From: Coraliomargarita sp. | GTDB lineage: Bacteria > Verrucomicrobiota > Verrucomicrobiia > Opitutales > Coraliomargaritaceae | Reading direction: 5' to 3' | NCBI GenBank assembly: GCA_965216325.1 | Contig: OZ244160.1 | Location: 1,536,001-1,600,000 of the forward strand | Length of the DNA: 64,000 nucleotides | Shown: positions 32,436 through 44,438 of the stretch, piece by piece | How positions within the stretch are numbered: the stretch's first letter is position 1 | Layout: every line of letters starts with the position of its first letter | The notes under the pieces: model-generated | The model's input: only the letters and a program-made list of their open reading frames with translations | The model's database searches: none | Told to the model about the DNA's origin: nothing | Program-made: the position numbers and the translations under genes

Positions 32436-32819
32436 ATGATCATTAAAACTGCAAAGGAATTGACGGTGTATCAAAAGAGTTACGCCCTCGCCATGCAGAT
32501 CTTTGAGATCAGCAAGACCTTCCCCAAAGAAGAAGTTTTTGCGCTCACTAGCCAAATCCGCCGTTCTTCCCGATCTGTGCCCATGAACCTGCGAGAAGCT
32601 TGGGCGAAGCGCCGCTACGAAGCACACTTCGTCAGTAAGCTGACTGACTGCGACGGCGAAACCAACGAAACCGACACATCCATCGACTTCGCACGTGACT
32701 GCGGCTACATCAGAGACGCACAGCACCGCGAACTCGCAGGACTCAATACAGAAATTGGCAGAATGCTGGGTAAGATGATCAACGACCCGACGCCGTTTCT
32801 GATTTCGACACCCGCATAA
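32436..32819 (+). CDS. four-helix-bundle protein (TIGR02436/IVP/Avd-like)
   Basis: L.VYQK.Y.LAM.IF...K.FPKEE.F.LTSQIRRSSRSV..N..EAW.KRRY..HFVSKL.D. Confidence 0.92.
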   Translation: MIIKTAKELTVYQKSYALAMQIFEISKTFPKEEVFALTSQIRRSSRSVPMNLREAWAKRRYEAHFVSKLTDCDGETNETDTSIDFARDCGYIRDAQHRELAGLNTEIGRMLGKMINDPTPFLISTPA

Positions 32820-32877
32820 TTTATACAAAACATTCAACCATCTGGCCTCTGACTTCTGTCATCTGGCCTCTGAAACG

Positions 32878-33858
<981 letters not shown>

Positions 33859-33904
33859 GAGCCCTTCAAACTTCTAACTTCTAAATTCTAACTTCTCTTA
33901 AGAT

Positions 33905-35185
<1,281 letters not shown>

Positions 35186-35273
35186 TTCAGAGGTCAGAAG
35201 TCGGAAGACAGAGGTCAGTTCCGAGGAGTTCCACGACGACATGACCGGATGCACAGCAGACCGGACCATTTTC

Positions 35274-35301
35274 AAAGCCCGCGCTCGCCGCGGGCTTTTT
35301 T
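35274..35301 (+). terminator. rho-independent terminator of the pdh operon
   Basis: aaagcccgcg-ctcgc-cgcgggcttttt. Confidence 0.75.
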
Positions 35302-35391
35302 ATAGATTCCCAAACCCTAGGGGCGCGACTTGACGCGCCCGCCAGCCCGCCAATCGCCGAACGGGCGCGTCAAGTCGCGCCCCTACAGACT

Positions 35392-35670
35392 ATGCAAAAG
35401 ACTAATCCAATCATTTCCGTCCAAGTCTCTGTTTACGCGCTCGATGGTGATGTGCGTCCAGCCGTTCACGCTTATCTCGATGCCTTGGATGCCACAGGCA
35501 TCGATCGTGACACAGGCACCATGGCAACCGTAGTCTGGGGTGAAGCCGACGCCGTGTGGGCTGCACTGCGTAGTGCTTACGAAGCGGTCGCCGAGGCACA
35601 TCCCGTGATCGTCAACACCACGATGTGCAACGCGGCTCCACTACCGGCCCGAGCCGCAGGCCGCCGGTAA
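35392..35670 (+). CDS. thiamine-binding/YkoF-like small protein
   Basis: QVSVY.L...G.M.T.V.GE...V...L pattern. Confidence 0.65.
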   Translation: MQKTNPIISVQVSVYALDGDVRPAVHAYLDALDATGIDRDTGTMATVVWGEADAVWAALRSAYEAVAEAHPVIVNTTMCNAAPLPARAAGRR

Positions 35671-35771
35671 GTAGCGTAGGCGTCTCGCCTGCGCAATTCA
35701 TTACCAATGAGGAACAGGCAAGATGCCTGTTCTACTTCGTAAGCCGAACCACAAAAAAACGTTCTATTCAC

Positions 35772-36485
35772 GTGGACTACTCAGTCATCATTCCGGCCTA
35801 TAACGAAGCAGAAGAGTTGCCTGCAACGCTGGCAGCCCTCCGAATTGCAATGCGTGCTCAACCCGAGCGCGGCGAGCTCATTGTGGTCGACAACAACTCC
35901 ACCGACGCCACTGCATCCGTGGCAAAAGCCGAAGGCGCCGACCTCGTTGTGTTCGAGCCGATCAACCAGATCTCGCGCGCCCGCAACGCCGGTGCTGCGG
36001 CCAGCTCGGGCACGTATCTCATTTTCGTCGATGCCGACACACGCATTCATCCCGAACTCCTCCGCCAAAGCCTCGCTGGCCTGCAACACGGCAAGCTCGT
36101 CGGTGGCGGCTCGGTCGTGCACTTTGACCAGCCAACCAATGCCATGGGCCGCTTCGGCATCGGCCTCTGGGAGCGCATTTCCAAACTCACCAACACCGCA
36201 GCAGGCAGCTTCCTTTTCTGCCTGCGGGAAGCCTTCGAAGCGGAGGGTGGCTTTGACGAAAAGCTCTACGCCAGCGAAGAAGTCCGCATGTCCAAACGCC
36301 TGAAACGTTGGGGGCGTCAACACAACCTGCGTTTTGAAATTTTGACCGAGCACCCGGCCCTCACCTCTGCTCGCAAGCTCGACTGGTATAGCGGCCCACA
36401 GATGCTCGGCTACATTCTGATGGCCCCCTTCTCCGTATATTCGCGACGACTCTGCGCTTTCTGGTATAAGCGGCCGGTACAATGA
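35772..36485 (+). CDS. glycosyltransferase family 2
   Basis: SVIIPAYNE, VVDNNSTD, ARNAGA, FVDAD, GGFDE; GTG start. Confidence 0.9.
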   Translation: MDYSVIIPAYNEAEELPATLAALRIAMRAQPERGELIVVDNNSTDATASVAKAEGADLVVFEPINQISRARNAGAAASSGTYLIFVDADTRIHPELLRQSLAGLQHGKLVGGGSVVHFDQPTNAMGRFGIGLWERISKLTNTAAGSFLFCLREAFEAEGGFDEKLYASEEVRMSKRLKRWGRQHNLRFEILTEHPALTSARKLDWYSGPQMLGYILMAPFSVYSRRLCAFWYKRPVQ

Positions 36486-36532
36486 CGGGATTGCGCATTG
36501 CACACCCCACCCAATGCGCTAGCTTGAACGGC

Positions 36533-37108
36533 ATGAAACCAATTCGCTACTTTCTTGCACTCATCCTGATCGCCTCCACCTGCACACTTGCACAAGCCGA
36601 ACCAACCGACAGCGCGAAGAAGCCCTCGTGGTTCGAACGCATCTTTGGCTCGAGCAAAACCTCAACCGAAGAAGCAACCGAATCCGAGTCCAGCACTAAG
36701 AAAGCGGCCAAAGCAAAGCCCGAGACCAAAGCAGCAAAGACTCAAAAGGAAGCGCCAAGTAAAGGCTTTACCAAAGAAGAGCGCGAAGCTTTAGAGAGCT
36801 GGCAAAAAGGCAAGGCGAGCTGGAAGAAGAAAGGCAAACCACTGCCCCCCGGCCTACAGAAGAAAGTGGATCGCGGTGGCGAACTGCCTCCGGGCTGGCA
36901 AAAGAAGCTCGAAGTTGGCAGCACGCTCGACAAAGAGCTCAACGAGCAGGCACGCTCACTTCCAGAGGAGATTCTGAAGCGCCTACCCGAAGCTCCTGAA
37001 AACACCGAGATCGTTCAAATCGGCGAGGAAATCGTCCGAGTCATTGAGAACACCCGGGAGATCGTCGACATCCTTGGCGACTTTGGCGGCACTGCTAAAG
37101 AAGACTAA
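36533..37108 (+). CDS. secreted protein with LPPGLQKK/LPPGWQKK motifs
   Basis: Signal peptide; repeated LPPG.QKK motif. Confidence 0.7.
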   Translation: MKPIRYFLALILIASTCTLAQAEPTDSAKKPSWFERIFGSSKTSTEEATESESSTKKAAKAKPETKAAKTQKEAPSKGFTKEEREALESWQKGKASWKKKGKPLPPGLQKKVDRGGELPPGWQKKLEVGSTLDKELNEQARSLPEEILKRLPEAPENTEIVQIGEEIVRVIENTREIVDILGDFGGTAKED

Positions 37109-37357
37109 GGGGTTAAAGGAGCCCCCCGTCTTTCGACAAGCTCTAGCCTAGGTAGCGCGCCGCTTCAGCAAGCGCTCTCCGGGCGGCAATACCACTCTTT
37201 AACTTTTAGGGACACTGGCCCCAGTGTCCGAATCAGACCTGACTGCGGACGACGAGGACGCCGTCCCTCCAGAATGATGACAGCTAAAGCAGCACGATGG
37301 TATCAGTGCATTATTGGGGAGCTAAGCGTTTGCTGAAGCAGCACGCTACATGAACAC

Positions 37358-37390
37358 AAAAAAGCCTCCACGGTGTTCCGGGAGGCTTTG
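37358..37390 (-). terminator. terminator downstream of slyD
   Basis: aaagcctcc...ggaggcttt with an A run on the plus strand. Confidence 0.65.
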
Positions 37391-37411
37391 AAAAGCGTTC
37401 TATGCTAAGAA

Positions 37412-37984
37412 TTAGTGGGAGCAGCCACAGCTGCCTTCGCCGCACTCGCCTTCTTTGGCTTGTGGCTCGTCGTTGCAGCAGCCACCTTCGCCGCCGCCGT
37501 TGCCACCGCAGCAGCCGCCTGCAGCGTGAATGTGACCATGTGCGATTTCGTCTTCAGTCGCTTCACGCACTTCAGTGATCGTGACGTTGAAGTTGAGGTG
37601 CTTGCCCGCCAGTGGGTGGTTGCCGTCAACAGTAACATCGTCGCCTTCGACCTGCACCACGCGCACCGAAACAGGGCCCTGCTCGGTGTTGGCTTGGAAT
37701 TGCATGCCAACGGAAAGGTCTTCGACACCTTGGAAACGGTCGCGTGGCACCACTTGCTGCAGCGCAGGGTTCACCTCGCCGTAGCCTTCAGCTGGCTCAA
37801 CGCGCACTTCGACGGTTTCGCCGACAGTCTTGCCCTCAAGCGCCTTTTCGAGACCTGGAATGATATTCTGGTGGCCCTGGAGGTAGGACAGTGGGTTGCC
37901 CGGCTGAGATTGATCGATGAGTGTGCCCTCATCGTCCTTGAGCGCGTAGTCCATAGAAACGACTGTATTTGCTGCGATTTGCAT
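37412..37984 (-). CDS. slyD: FKBP-type peptidyl-prolyl isomerase SlyD
   Basis: IIPGLEKAL.G, GNHPLAG..L.F, His/Cys-rich tail. Confidence 0.95.
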   Translation of the reverse strand: MQIAANTVVSMDYALKDDEGTLIDQSQPGNPLSYLQGHQNIIPGLEKALEGKTVGETVEVRVEPAEGYGEVNPALQQVVPRDRFQGVEDLSVGMQFQANTEQGPVSVRVVQVEGDDVTVDGNHPLAGKHLNFNVTITEVREATEDEIAHGHIHAAGGCCGGNGGGEGGCCNDEPQAKEGECGEGSCGCSH

Positions 37985-38265
37985 GATCTTAGTAGTTGAT
38001 ATTCTTTGTGTTAAAAGTTTCGAAAGAGGGCTGACAATGCCGCTGAAGGAAAGTTCGTCAAAAGCGAAAACCAATTAATTTGCAATCGAGCTGATCGTAG
38101 GTGCTCTACTTGTGGATGCACTGTAGTGGCGCACTCGTGCGCACGCTACGCCCGCATAGTGATCGCACCTTCAATCAAGCTCAACAATTCATCCCATAGC
38201 TTTCAGAATTTCAACGTTTTCAGCTTTTCAGCGTTTCAGTTAAGCAGTTGTGTGTTCCCACTCTC

Positions 38266-41076
38266 ATGCCATTTCGTGACCACCCTCTTTTCCGCCGTCT
38301 TCACAAACACGCCCAAAAGCGTCTCGTGTTCGATCCCGGCGTGCCACGCAACAAGCAACTTCCCGCCTACAAACGTTTCGTCGAACTTGAGAACGAGATG
38401 CTTAAGCGCTACCACCAGCAAGGTGACTCCGGCCTCAAGGTCTGTCAGGCGCGTGCGGTCATGGTCGACGTGGTGATTGAAAACCTCTTTCTCGCCGCCC
38501 TTGACATGTATATGACACAGCACGGCCGCCTGCCCTGCAAACTGGCGATTCTAGCCACTGGCGGCTACGGACGGGGTGAACTCAACCCGCACAGCGACAT
38601 CGACATCATGTTGCTCTACCCGGACCGCATTTCCAACAAGAAGCGTTTTGAACAATTCCAAGAGCTCCTCACCGAGGAGATCCTCTACCCGCTCTGGGAC
38701 CTCGGCTGGAAGATCGGTCATGCCTCACGCAACACCAAGGAGGCGATCGACGAGGCCCGCGCAGAGATTCAGTCCAAAAACGCGATTCTAGAGTCCCGCA
38801 TGATCTGCGGCTCCGAGCCACTGTTTGCGGATATGTATAAGCGCTTCACCGCCTTCTGTCAGAAGGAAGACTCTGCTGCTTACATTAAACAGCGCCTGAT
38901 CGACGAAAAAGAGCGCCACGGCAAAGCCGGCAATACGGTTTATCTGCAAGAACCGGACATCAAGAACGGCGTCGGCGGCCTGCGTGACTACCAAAACATC
39001 CTTTGGATGGCCAACTTGAAGCACGGCTATCGCTCCTTCCGCGATCTGGAAAAGGCCAAGCTGTTGCGTCGTGACGAGCGCATCTCGATGAACGAAGCCT
39101 ACGACTTCCTACTGCGCACCCGCACCGAAGTGCACCTCAACAACCGCCGACCGACCGACAAGCTCAATCTCGAGCAGCAACCCGTCATTGCCGAGGGCCT
39201 CGGCTATCCACAGGAAGACATCTTCAAGCGCGTGGAAGCTTTCATGCAGGACTACTACTCGGCCGCGCGAACCATCTATCACACCTGCGAGCTCCTCAAA
39301 CAACGCCTCGCACTGTCCACCGCCGATGCAAGCGGTAGCGGCGGCAAAATCACTTTTCGCGAGGCACTCCGAGCGCACCAGCATCTCCCCAGTAAAAAGG
39401 TGGATGGCTTCATTCTGCAGGAAAAAGTCCTCAGCGCGTCCAATAAAAAGGTCTTCAAAGAAGCCCCTGTGCGCCTGATCCGCATTTTCCGCTATATGCA
39501 GCAATTCGGTGCCACTCTGGACGTGGAACTCATGTATCTGATTTCGCGCTCAATTCCACTCATTGATAGTGAACTGATCAACAGTCCGGCGGCCGCCAAA
39601 AGCTTTTGCTCGATTTTACGCAGTCCGGGCGAAGTGTATCCTGTGCTCAATTTAATGCACGAACTCGGTGTGCTGGGACGTTATCTGCCCGAATTTGGTC
39701 AGCTCACCTGCATGGTGCAGCACGAATACTACCACCGCTACACCGCGGACCAACACGTGCTCCGCACGATCAAGCACTGCGACGACGTCTTCCTAAAGAG
39801 CGAAGCGGTCTCCACCGCCTACGAAAAAGAGCTACGCAAAAACGATGACCCGCTCTTGCTCTATCTAATCCTGCTCCTGCATGACATCGGCAAGGCCGAG
39901 GGCATCAAAAATCACGATGCCAATGGGGTCCGTATTGCGAAACCAATCTTGGACCGTTATGGTATCAACGAGGAGCAACAGGAACAAATTTTATTTATTA
40001 TCGGCAACCATTTAGAAATGGCACGAATCTGGCAAAGATTTGATCTCGACGATCCCCAAACGGCCGCATCCTTTGCGGAATTTGTCGAGAACCCACAAAA
40101 ACTACGTTTCCTATATGTTCACACCTACTGCGACGCTCGCGGCACAGCACCGACCTTGTGGAATAGCTACAAGGACTCGATGCACCGTGCGCTCTACCTC
40201 GCGACGATGGACCAGTTCCAAGGCCAGGACGTGATCGACCGGAAGCGCAAAGAACAGATCCAAATGCTTCATACCAAACTACTCTCCAAAGACATTGTCG
40301 GCATCTCCAACGATGAGATCGAAGCACACTTCAGTTTACTTCCGGAGCGCTACTTCATCAACACCAGCGAAGAAGAGATCGAGCTACACCTCCGCATGGT
40401 CAACAGCTTGCTGACTCAAATCCAGACCGCTGAATCCGTTGGCAGCCTCACCCCTATCATCGACTGGCGCAATGACCACGACCTCAACATGACAGTCGTC
40501 AACGTGGTCACCTGGGACCGTGCCGGCCTGTTCTACAAACTTGCAGGCGCCCTCACCCTCGCTGGCGTCAACATCGCCAGTACCAAGGCAATCTCCCGCA
40601 ACGACCACATTTCCATCGATACGTTCTACATTGTCGACCCAGACGGGGGTGTTGTCACCAACACTCAAGCCGAGGGCGTGTTCAAGACCCACCTCGACGA
40701 ATCGCTGGTGCAGGGCAAACAGCTCACCGACCTCATCGAAGCACTAGAGAACAAGGCCAAAACCAAGAAGCGCGAACGCGACATGCTACCGGCACCATTC
40801 CCGCCGAGCGTCGATGTTTACCACGAACTGTCGCTCAAGCGCACCATCATCGAGGTCCAAGCCGGTGACGAAATCGGCCTCCTTTATCGTTTGGCTCGCC
40901 TGATCTTCAAGAAAGGCTTCGACATCACCTTCGCGCGTGTTGCGACCGAACACGGTGTGGCGATGGACACCTTCTACATCGAAAAGGCCAACGCCAAGGA
41001 ATCGGCAACACCGGCCGAGCTACTGGAGTTGCGTGAAGCACTTGACGTGATCGTTAAGCTGGAACCAGAAGAATAG
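38266..41076 (+). CDS. glnD: [protein-PII] uridylyltransferase
   Basis: GGYGRGEL.P.SDID, EPDIK.G.GGLRD, YH.YT.D.H, LLHDIGK, two ACT domains. Confidence 0.96.
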   Translation: MPFRDHPLFRRLHKHAQKRLVFDPGVPRNKQLPAYKRFVELENEMLKRYHQQGDSGLKVCQARAVMVDVVIENLFLAALDMYMTQHGRLPCKLAILATGGYGRGELNPHSDIDIMLLYPDRISNKKRFEQFQELLTEEILYPLWDLGWKIGHASRNTKEAIDEARAEIQSKNAILESRMICGSEPLFADMYKRFTAFCQKEDSAAYIKQRLIDEKERHGKAGNTVYLQEPDIKNGVGGLRDYQNILWMANLKHGYRSFRDLEKAKLLRRDERISMNEAYDFLLRTRTEVHLNNRRPTDKLNLEQQPVIAEGLGYPQEDIFKRVEAFMQDYYSAARTIYHTCELLKQRLALSTADASGSGGKITFREALRAHQHLPSKKVDGFILQEKVLSASNKKVFKEAPVRLIRIFRYMQQFGATLDVELMYLISRSIPLIDSELINSPAAAKSFCSILRSPGEVYPVLNLMHELGVLGRYLPEFGQLTCMVQHEYYHRYTADQHVLRTIKHCDDVFLKSEAVSTAYEKELRKNDDPLLLYLILLLHDIGKAEGIKNHDANGVRIAKPILDRYGINEEQQEQILFIIGNHLEMARIWQRFDLDDPQTAASFAEFVENPQKLRFLYVHTYCDARGTAPTLWNSYKDSMHRALYLATMDQFQGQDVIDRKRKEQIQMLHTKLLSKDIVGISNDEIEAHFSLLPERYFINTSEEEIELHLRMVNSLLTQIQTAESVGSLTPIIDWRNDHDLNMTVVNVVTWDRAGLFYKLAGALTLAGVNIASTKAISRNDHISIDTFYIVDPDGGVVTNTQAEGVFKTHLDESLVQGKQLTDLIEALENKAKTKKRERDMLPAPFPPSVDVYHELSLKRTIIEVQAGDEIGLLYRLARLIFKKGFDITFARVATEHGVAMDTFYIEKANAKESATPAELLELREALDVIVKLEPEE

Positions 41077-41332
41077 CGACATTCTGACTCCTAACCCCAC
41101 AACAGAAGAGAGTCAGGTTAGGATTAAGATTACGAGTCAGAGGCCTAAAGTCCGCAGAGTAGGTGCTCCACTTGTGGATGCACTCCATGGAAAAATCCCA
41201 TACGAATGGCCACCAGATGGAGTGACGCACAAGTGCGCACGCTACAGCACAGAACGCCACAAATCTTAATCAGATCGCTTCCAGTCAGAATCAGTTCTTG
41301 TCGTCTGAGAGCGTGCCGACCATTTTTAGCGC

Positions 41333-43024
41333 ATGACAGCACGCGCACATGAGACCACTGCGATTGATTCGCTTTATCGAATCAGCAGTATCGTCTCAAA
41401 TACCGACGACCCTAAAGAAGCGCTGGATCTAATTCTAAAAGAGATTGTCAACGTGCTCACGCCCAGCAGCGCCTCAATTGCGCTGATTAACCCGGACACC
41501 AAGAAACTCGAACTCGAGGCGTCTCATGGACTCCCCGAGGACTGGGCCGACATCGACCTCAACCTCGGCCAAGGTATCACTGGCTGGACTGCGCTACATG
41601 GCCAAGCACTCATCGTCCCTGATGTGCGTGAAGAGCCACGCTACATTAGTGTTCGCCCACACGTGCGCTCCGAAATGGCGGTTCCTATGGAGGACCGCGG
41701 CACGGTCATTGGCGTGGTCAATGTCGACAGCGAGGAGATCGATGCCTACGACGATCAGGCCCTAAAAATTCTGACTTTGCTGACCAACGAAGCCAGCCGT
41801 GTTGTCTCGCGCCTCTGGCTCTTCAGGCAACTGCGCACCAAGGCAAACCAACTCGAGTCACTGGTCAACTTAGGCCGCCGCATCAGCGGTGAGCTCGACC
41901 CTGACACGATCCTGGAAAGCCTTGCAAAAGAAGGCCGCACTCTAATGGATTGCCACAGTTGCGCGCTCTTCACTTTAAGCCCGGACGGCACCGAGCTCAC
42001 GGTGCACAGCATGGCTGGGCGCCAAGGCCCAATCGAAGCCAAGGAAGTCATTCAACTGGACAGCAGTGCGGTTCGCGTCGCCATCCAACGCCAACGCCAA
42101 GTCGAAGTCACCGACCTCGCATTCACCGAAGAGAACGACTTCATGCGCATCGTGCAACGTGAAGACCTGGTCTCCATGCTCAGCTCTCCGGTGATTTTCA
42201 ACGATGAGGTCATCGGCGTGCTCAACGCCTATACCCAGCGCAAGCATCGCTTTAACAACGACGAAAAAAAGGTCTTTGCGACACTATCCAGCCTCGGTGC
42301 CATTGCGATCCATAATGCACGCATGTATGGTCGGGTGTTCGCAACCGAAGAGTCCGTGCGCCGCAATGAGAAACTCACCACCCTCGGGATGCTCGCGGCA
42401 GAGATCGCACACGAGATCCGCAACCCACTGACGGTAATCAAGCTGCTGTTTGATTCACTCGACTTGCACTTCCCCGGCGACGACGCACGCCAAACCGACG
42501 TCAGCGTCATTGGCGACAAACTCAACCAACTGGAAGAGATCGTGGAGCGTGTGCTGAGCTTTGGCCGCAATCGTGAGGGCATGAACGCCCGCTACGACCT
42601 CAACCTGCTCTGCAAAGAGACCTTGCATTTGGTCCGTTTAAAACTGCAGCAACAAAAGACTGAGATCGAATTCTCGCCCTGCAGCACCGGTTTGTTTGTC
42701 GAAGTCAACAAAGGCCAGATTCAACAGGTCATGCTCAATCTGATTCTGAATGCCACACAGGCCATGCCAGACGGAGGACGTATCCATATTTCGACTACAA
42801 AGGATGGGGATACCGCAAAATTCATCATCCGCGACACAGGTAGCGGAATGCCCGAACACATTCAAAGCGAAGTCTTCGAGTCCTTCCTAACCAACCGCGC
42901 TGACGGCACTGGGCTCGGCCTTTCAATCAGCAAGCGCATCCTGCGCGAGCATCATGGTGACATCGCACTCGATTCATCCACCCCCGAAGGCACCACCTTC
43001 AGCTTCTGGCTACCGGCAGGATAG
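41333..43024 (+). CDS. GAF-GAF sensor histidine kinase
   Basis: Two GAF domains, AHEIRNPL, NLILNA, DTGSG, GTGLGL. Confidence 0.92.
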   Translation: MTARAHETTAIDSLYRISSIVSNTDDPKEALDLILKEIVNVLTPSSASIALINPDTKKLELEASHGLPEDWADIDLNLGQGITGWTALHGQALIVPDVREEPRYISVRPHVRSEMAVPMEDRGTVIGVVNVDSEEIDAYDDQALKILTLLTNEASRVVSRLWLFRQLRTKANQLESLVNLGRRISGELDPDTILESLAKEGRTLMDCHSCALFTLSPDGTELTVHSMAGRQGPIEAKEVIQLDSSAVRVAIQRQRQVEVTDLAFTEENDFMRIVQREDLVSMLSSPVIFNDEVIGVLNAYTQRKHRFNNDEKKVFATLSSLGAIAIHNARMYGRVFATEESVRRNEKLTTLGMLAAEIAHEIRNPLTVIKLLFDSLDLHFPGDDARQTDVSVIGDKLNQLEEIVERVLSFGRNREGMNARYDLNLLCKETLHLVRLKLQQQKTEIEFSPCSTGLFVEVNKGQIQQVMLNLILNATQAMPDGGRIHISTTKDGDTAKFIIRDTGSGMPEHIQSEVFESFLTNRADGTGLGLSISKRILREHHGDIALDSSTPEGTTFSFWLPAG

Positions 43025-43054
43025 ACGATGAAAGGGTTCGTTTACTTCGAACAG

Positions 43055-43144
43055 GTAGGGTCGCCTCGCCGAGGCGACCGTTCGGCAGTATGGCGACATC
43101 CGAAGCGTTGAACCACTGCGGCTGCCTCGGCGAGACAGCCCTAC
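43055..43144. repeat. GTAG REP doublet
   Basis: gtagggtcgcctcgccgaggcgacc ... ggctgcctcggcgagacagccctac. Confidence 0.85.
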
Positions 43145-43157
43145 CCTCTACGACATA

Positions 43158-43595
43158 ATGCCCATTCCACACGTCCACCCTCAACGCGCCAAAGTATGGC
43201 CATTTCTGATCATGATGGCGGTCATCGCGGCCTCCAGCAGCTCGCGCTTAGCGACTCCCGACCTGAGCTTCACGATGTCGCCCGACAAGCTCGCGCACTT
43301 CCTCGTATTTGGCCTGCTCGCCACTTCCGTGCTGCGCATCCCCTTCTTTTTCAAACTCGGCTGGCGTGGAGCACTGGCTGCAGCCTGCATCGTATCCATC
43401 TGCGGCATGCTGGATGAATTTCGTCAATCGATGACCCCCGGCCGAGCCGTCGAACTGAACGACTGGATCGCAGATACCAGCGGGGCAATCGTTGCCGTCA
43501 TCGTTTACCGCTACTGGGCACTCTATCGTAGCATTCTCGAGTGGTCGCCGGTCACAAAAAAAAAGTCGCGCACAAGCCAACCCTTAAAAAGGTAG
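43158..43595 (+). CDS. VanZ family membrane protein
   Basis: DKLAHF..FG.L, DE..Q...PGR....DW.AD..G. Confidence 0.88.
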   Translation: MPIPHVHPQRAKVWPFLIMMAVIAASSSSRLATPDLSFTMSPDKLAHFLVFGLLATSVLRIPFFFKLGWRGALAAACIVSICGMLDEFRQSMTPGRAVELNDWIADTSGAIVAVIVYRYWALYRSILEWSPVTKKKSRTSQPLKR

Positions 43596-43628
43596 GGCGC
43601 GTTATCCTTAACGCGCAGCCGACCTAAA

Positions 43629-43662
<34 letters not shown>

Positions 43663-43676
43663 GCACAATGGGCGCT

Positions 43677-44276
43677 CTAGTATTTAATGCCACAGCCGTA
43701 AGCAGCCGTGCTGCTAGGATCAACGGGCTTGCCAGCTTTCGCGTTTTCGTAGGCAGCCTTCACGTAATTCGTCGCCTTGGGAATATCCTTCGCCTTCGTT
43801 GACTTAATACTGTCGATGGCTCCCTGGTAGATTAGCACACCTTCGGGATTAATCACGAACATGTGCGGCGTGGCTTTTGCCCCATAGGAACGCCCAACCG
43901 CGCCCGACTCATCCAGCAGCAGTGCGGTTGAGTGGTGTCCACCTTGCGAGCGCAGGAGCTCGCCCTGCTTCGGAGACAAATGCCCCTGCTTGCCCGGAGC
44001 CGATGAATTGATCTGCAACCAAATAGCGCCGTCATCAGTCATCGCCTTTTGTAGCGCTTGCATGTCGCCCTCGCTGTAGTGTTTGGCTACAAAGGGGCAG
44101 CGGTGGTTAGTCCACTCCAGCACCACATACTTGCCCTTAAAATCAGACAAGCTATGCTCGGTGCCGGTGGTGTCAGTAAGTGTGAAATCAGGAGCTACAG
44201 CCCCCGTATCGACTGCAGCGGTAGCAGTGAGAGATAGCGCAACCAGCGCGAGGAATGAGGTCAGTGACTTTTTCAT
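43677..44276 (-). CDS. exported thioredoxin-like/AhpC-TSA redoxin
   Basis: APDFTL.D, VVLEW.N..CPFV.KHY, TPHM, YGC.IKY. Confidence 0.9.
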   Translation of the reverse strand: MKKSLTSFLALVALSLTATAAVDTGAVAPDFTLTDTTGTEHSLSDFKGKYVVLEWTNHRCPFVAKHYSEGDMQALQKAMTDDGAIWLQINSSAPGKQGHLSPKQGELLRSQGGHHSTALLLDESGAVGRSYGAKATPHMFVINPEGVLIYQGAIDSIKSTKAKDIPKATNYVKAAYENAKAGKPVDPSSTAAYGCGIKY

Positions 44277-44438
44277 GGTCTTTCAGCAGTTGGAAAGCAG
44301 GCGTCAAAAGTTAACTTTGGTCACAGAATAGGCGGCATTTACATGCACCCGAATCTGATATTCTATCTTCTGACCTCCGGCCTCTGATTTTTGGTAGGAA
44401 TTGCGCATCGCTCCGATAACGCTACTCCTTACAGAGAA

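Noticed and set aside
32436..32819. Diversity-generating retroelement
   Set aside because: Avd-like gene only; no reverse transcriptase and no TR/VR pair with adenine-specific mismatches seen
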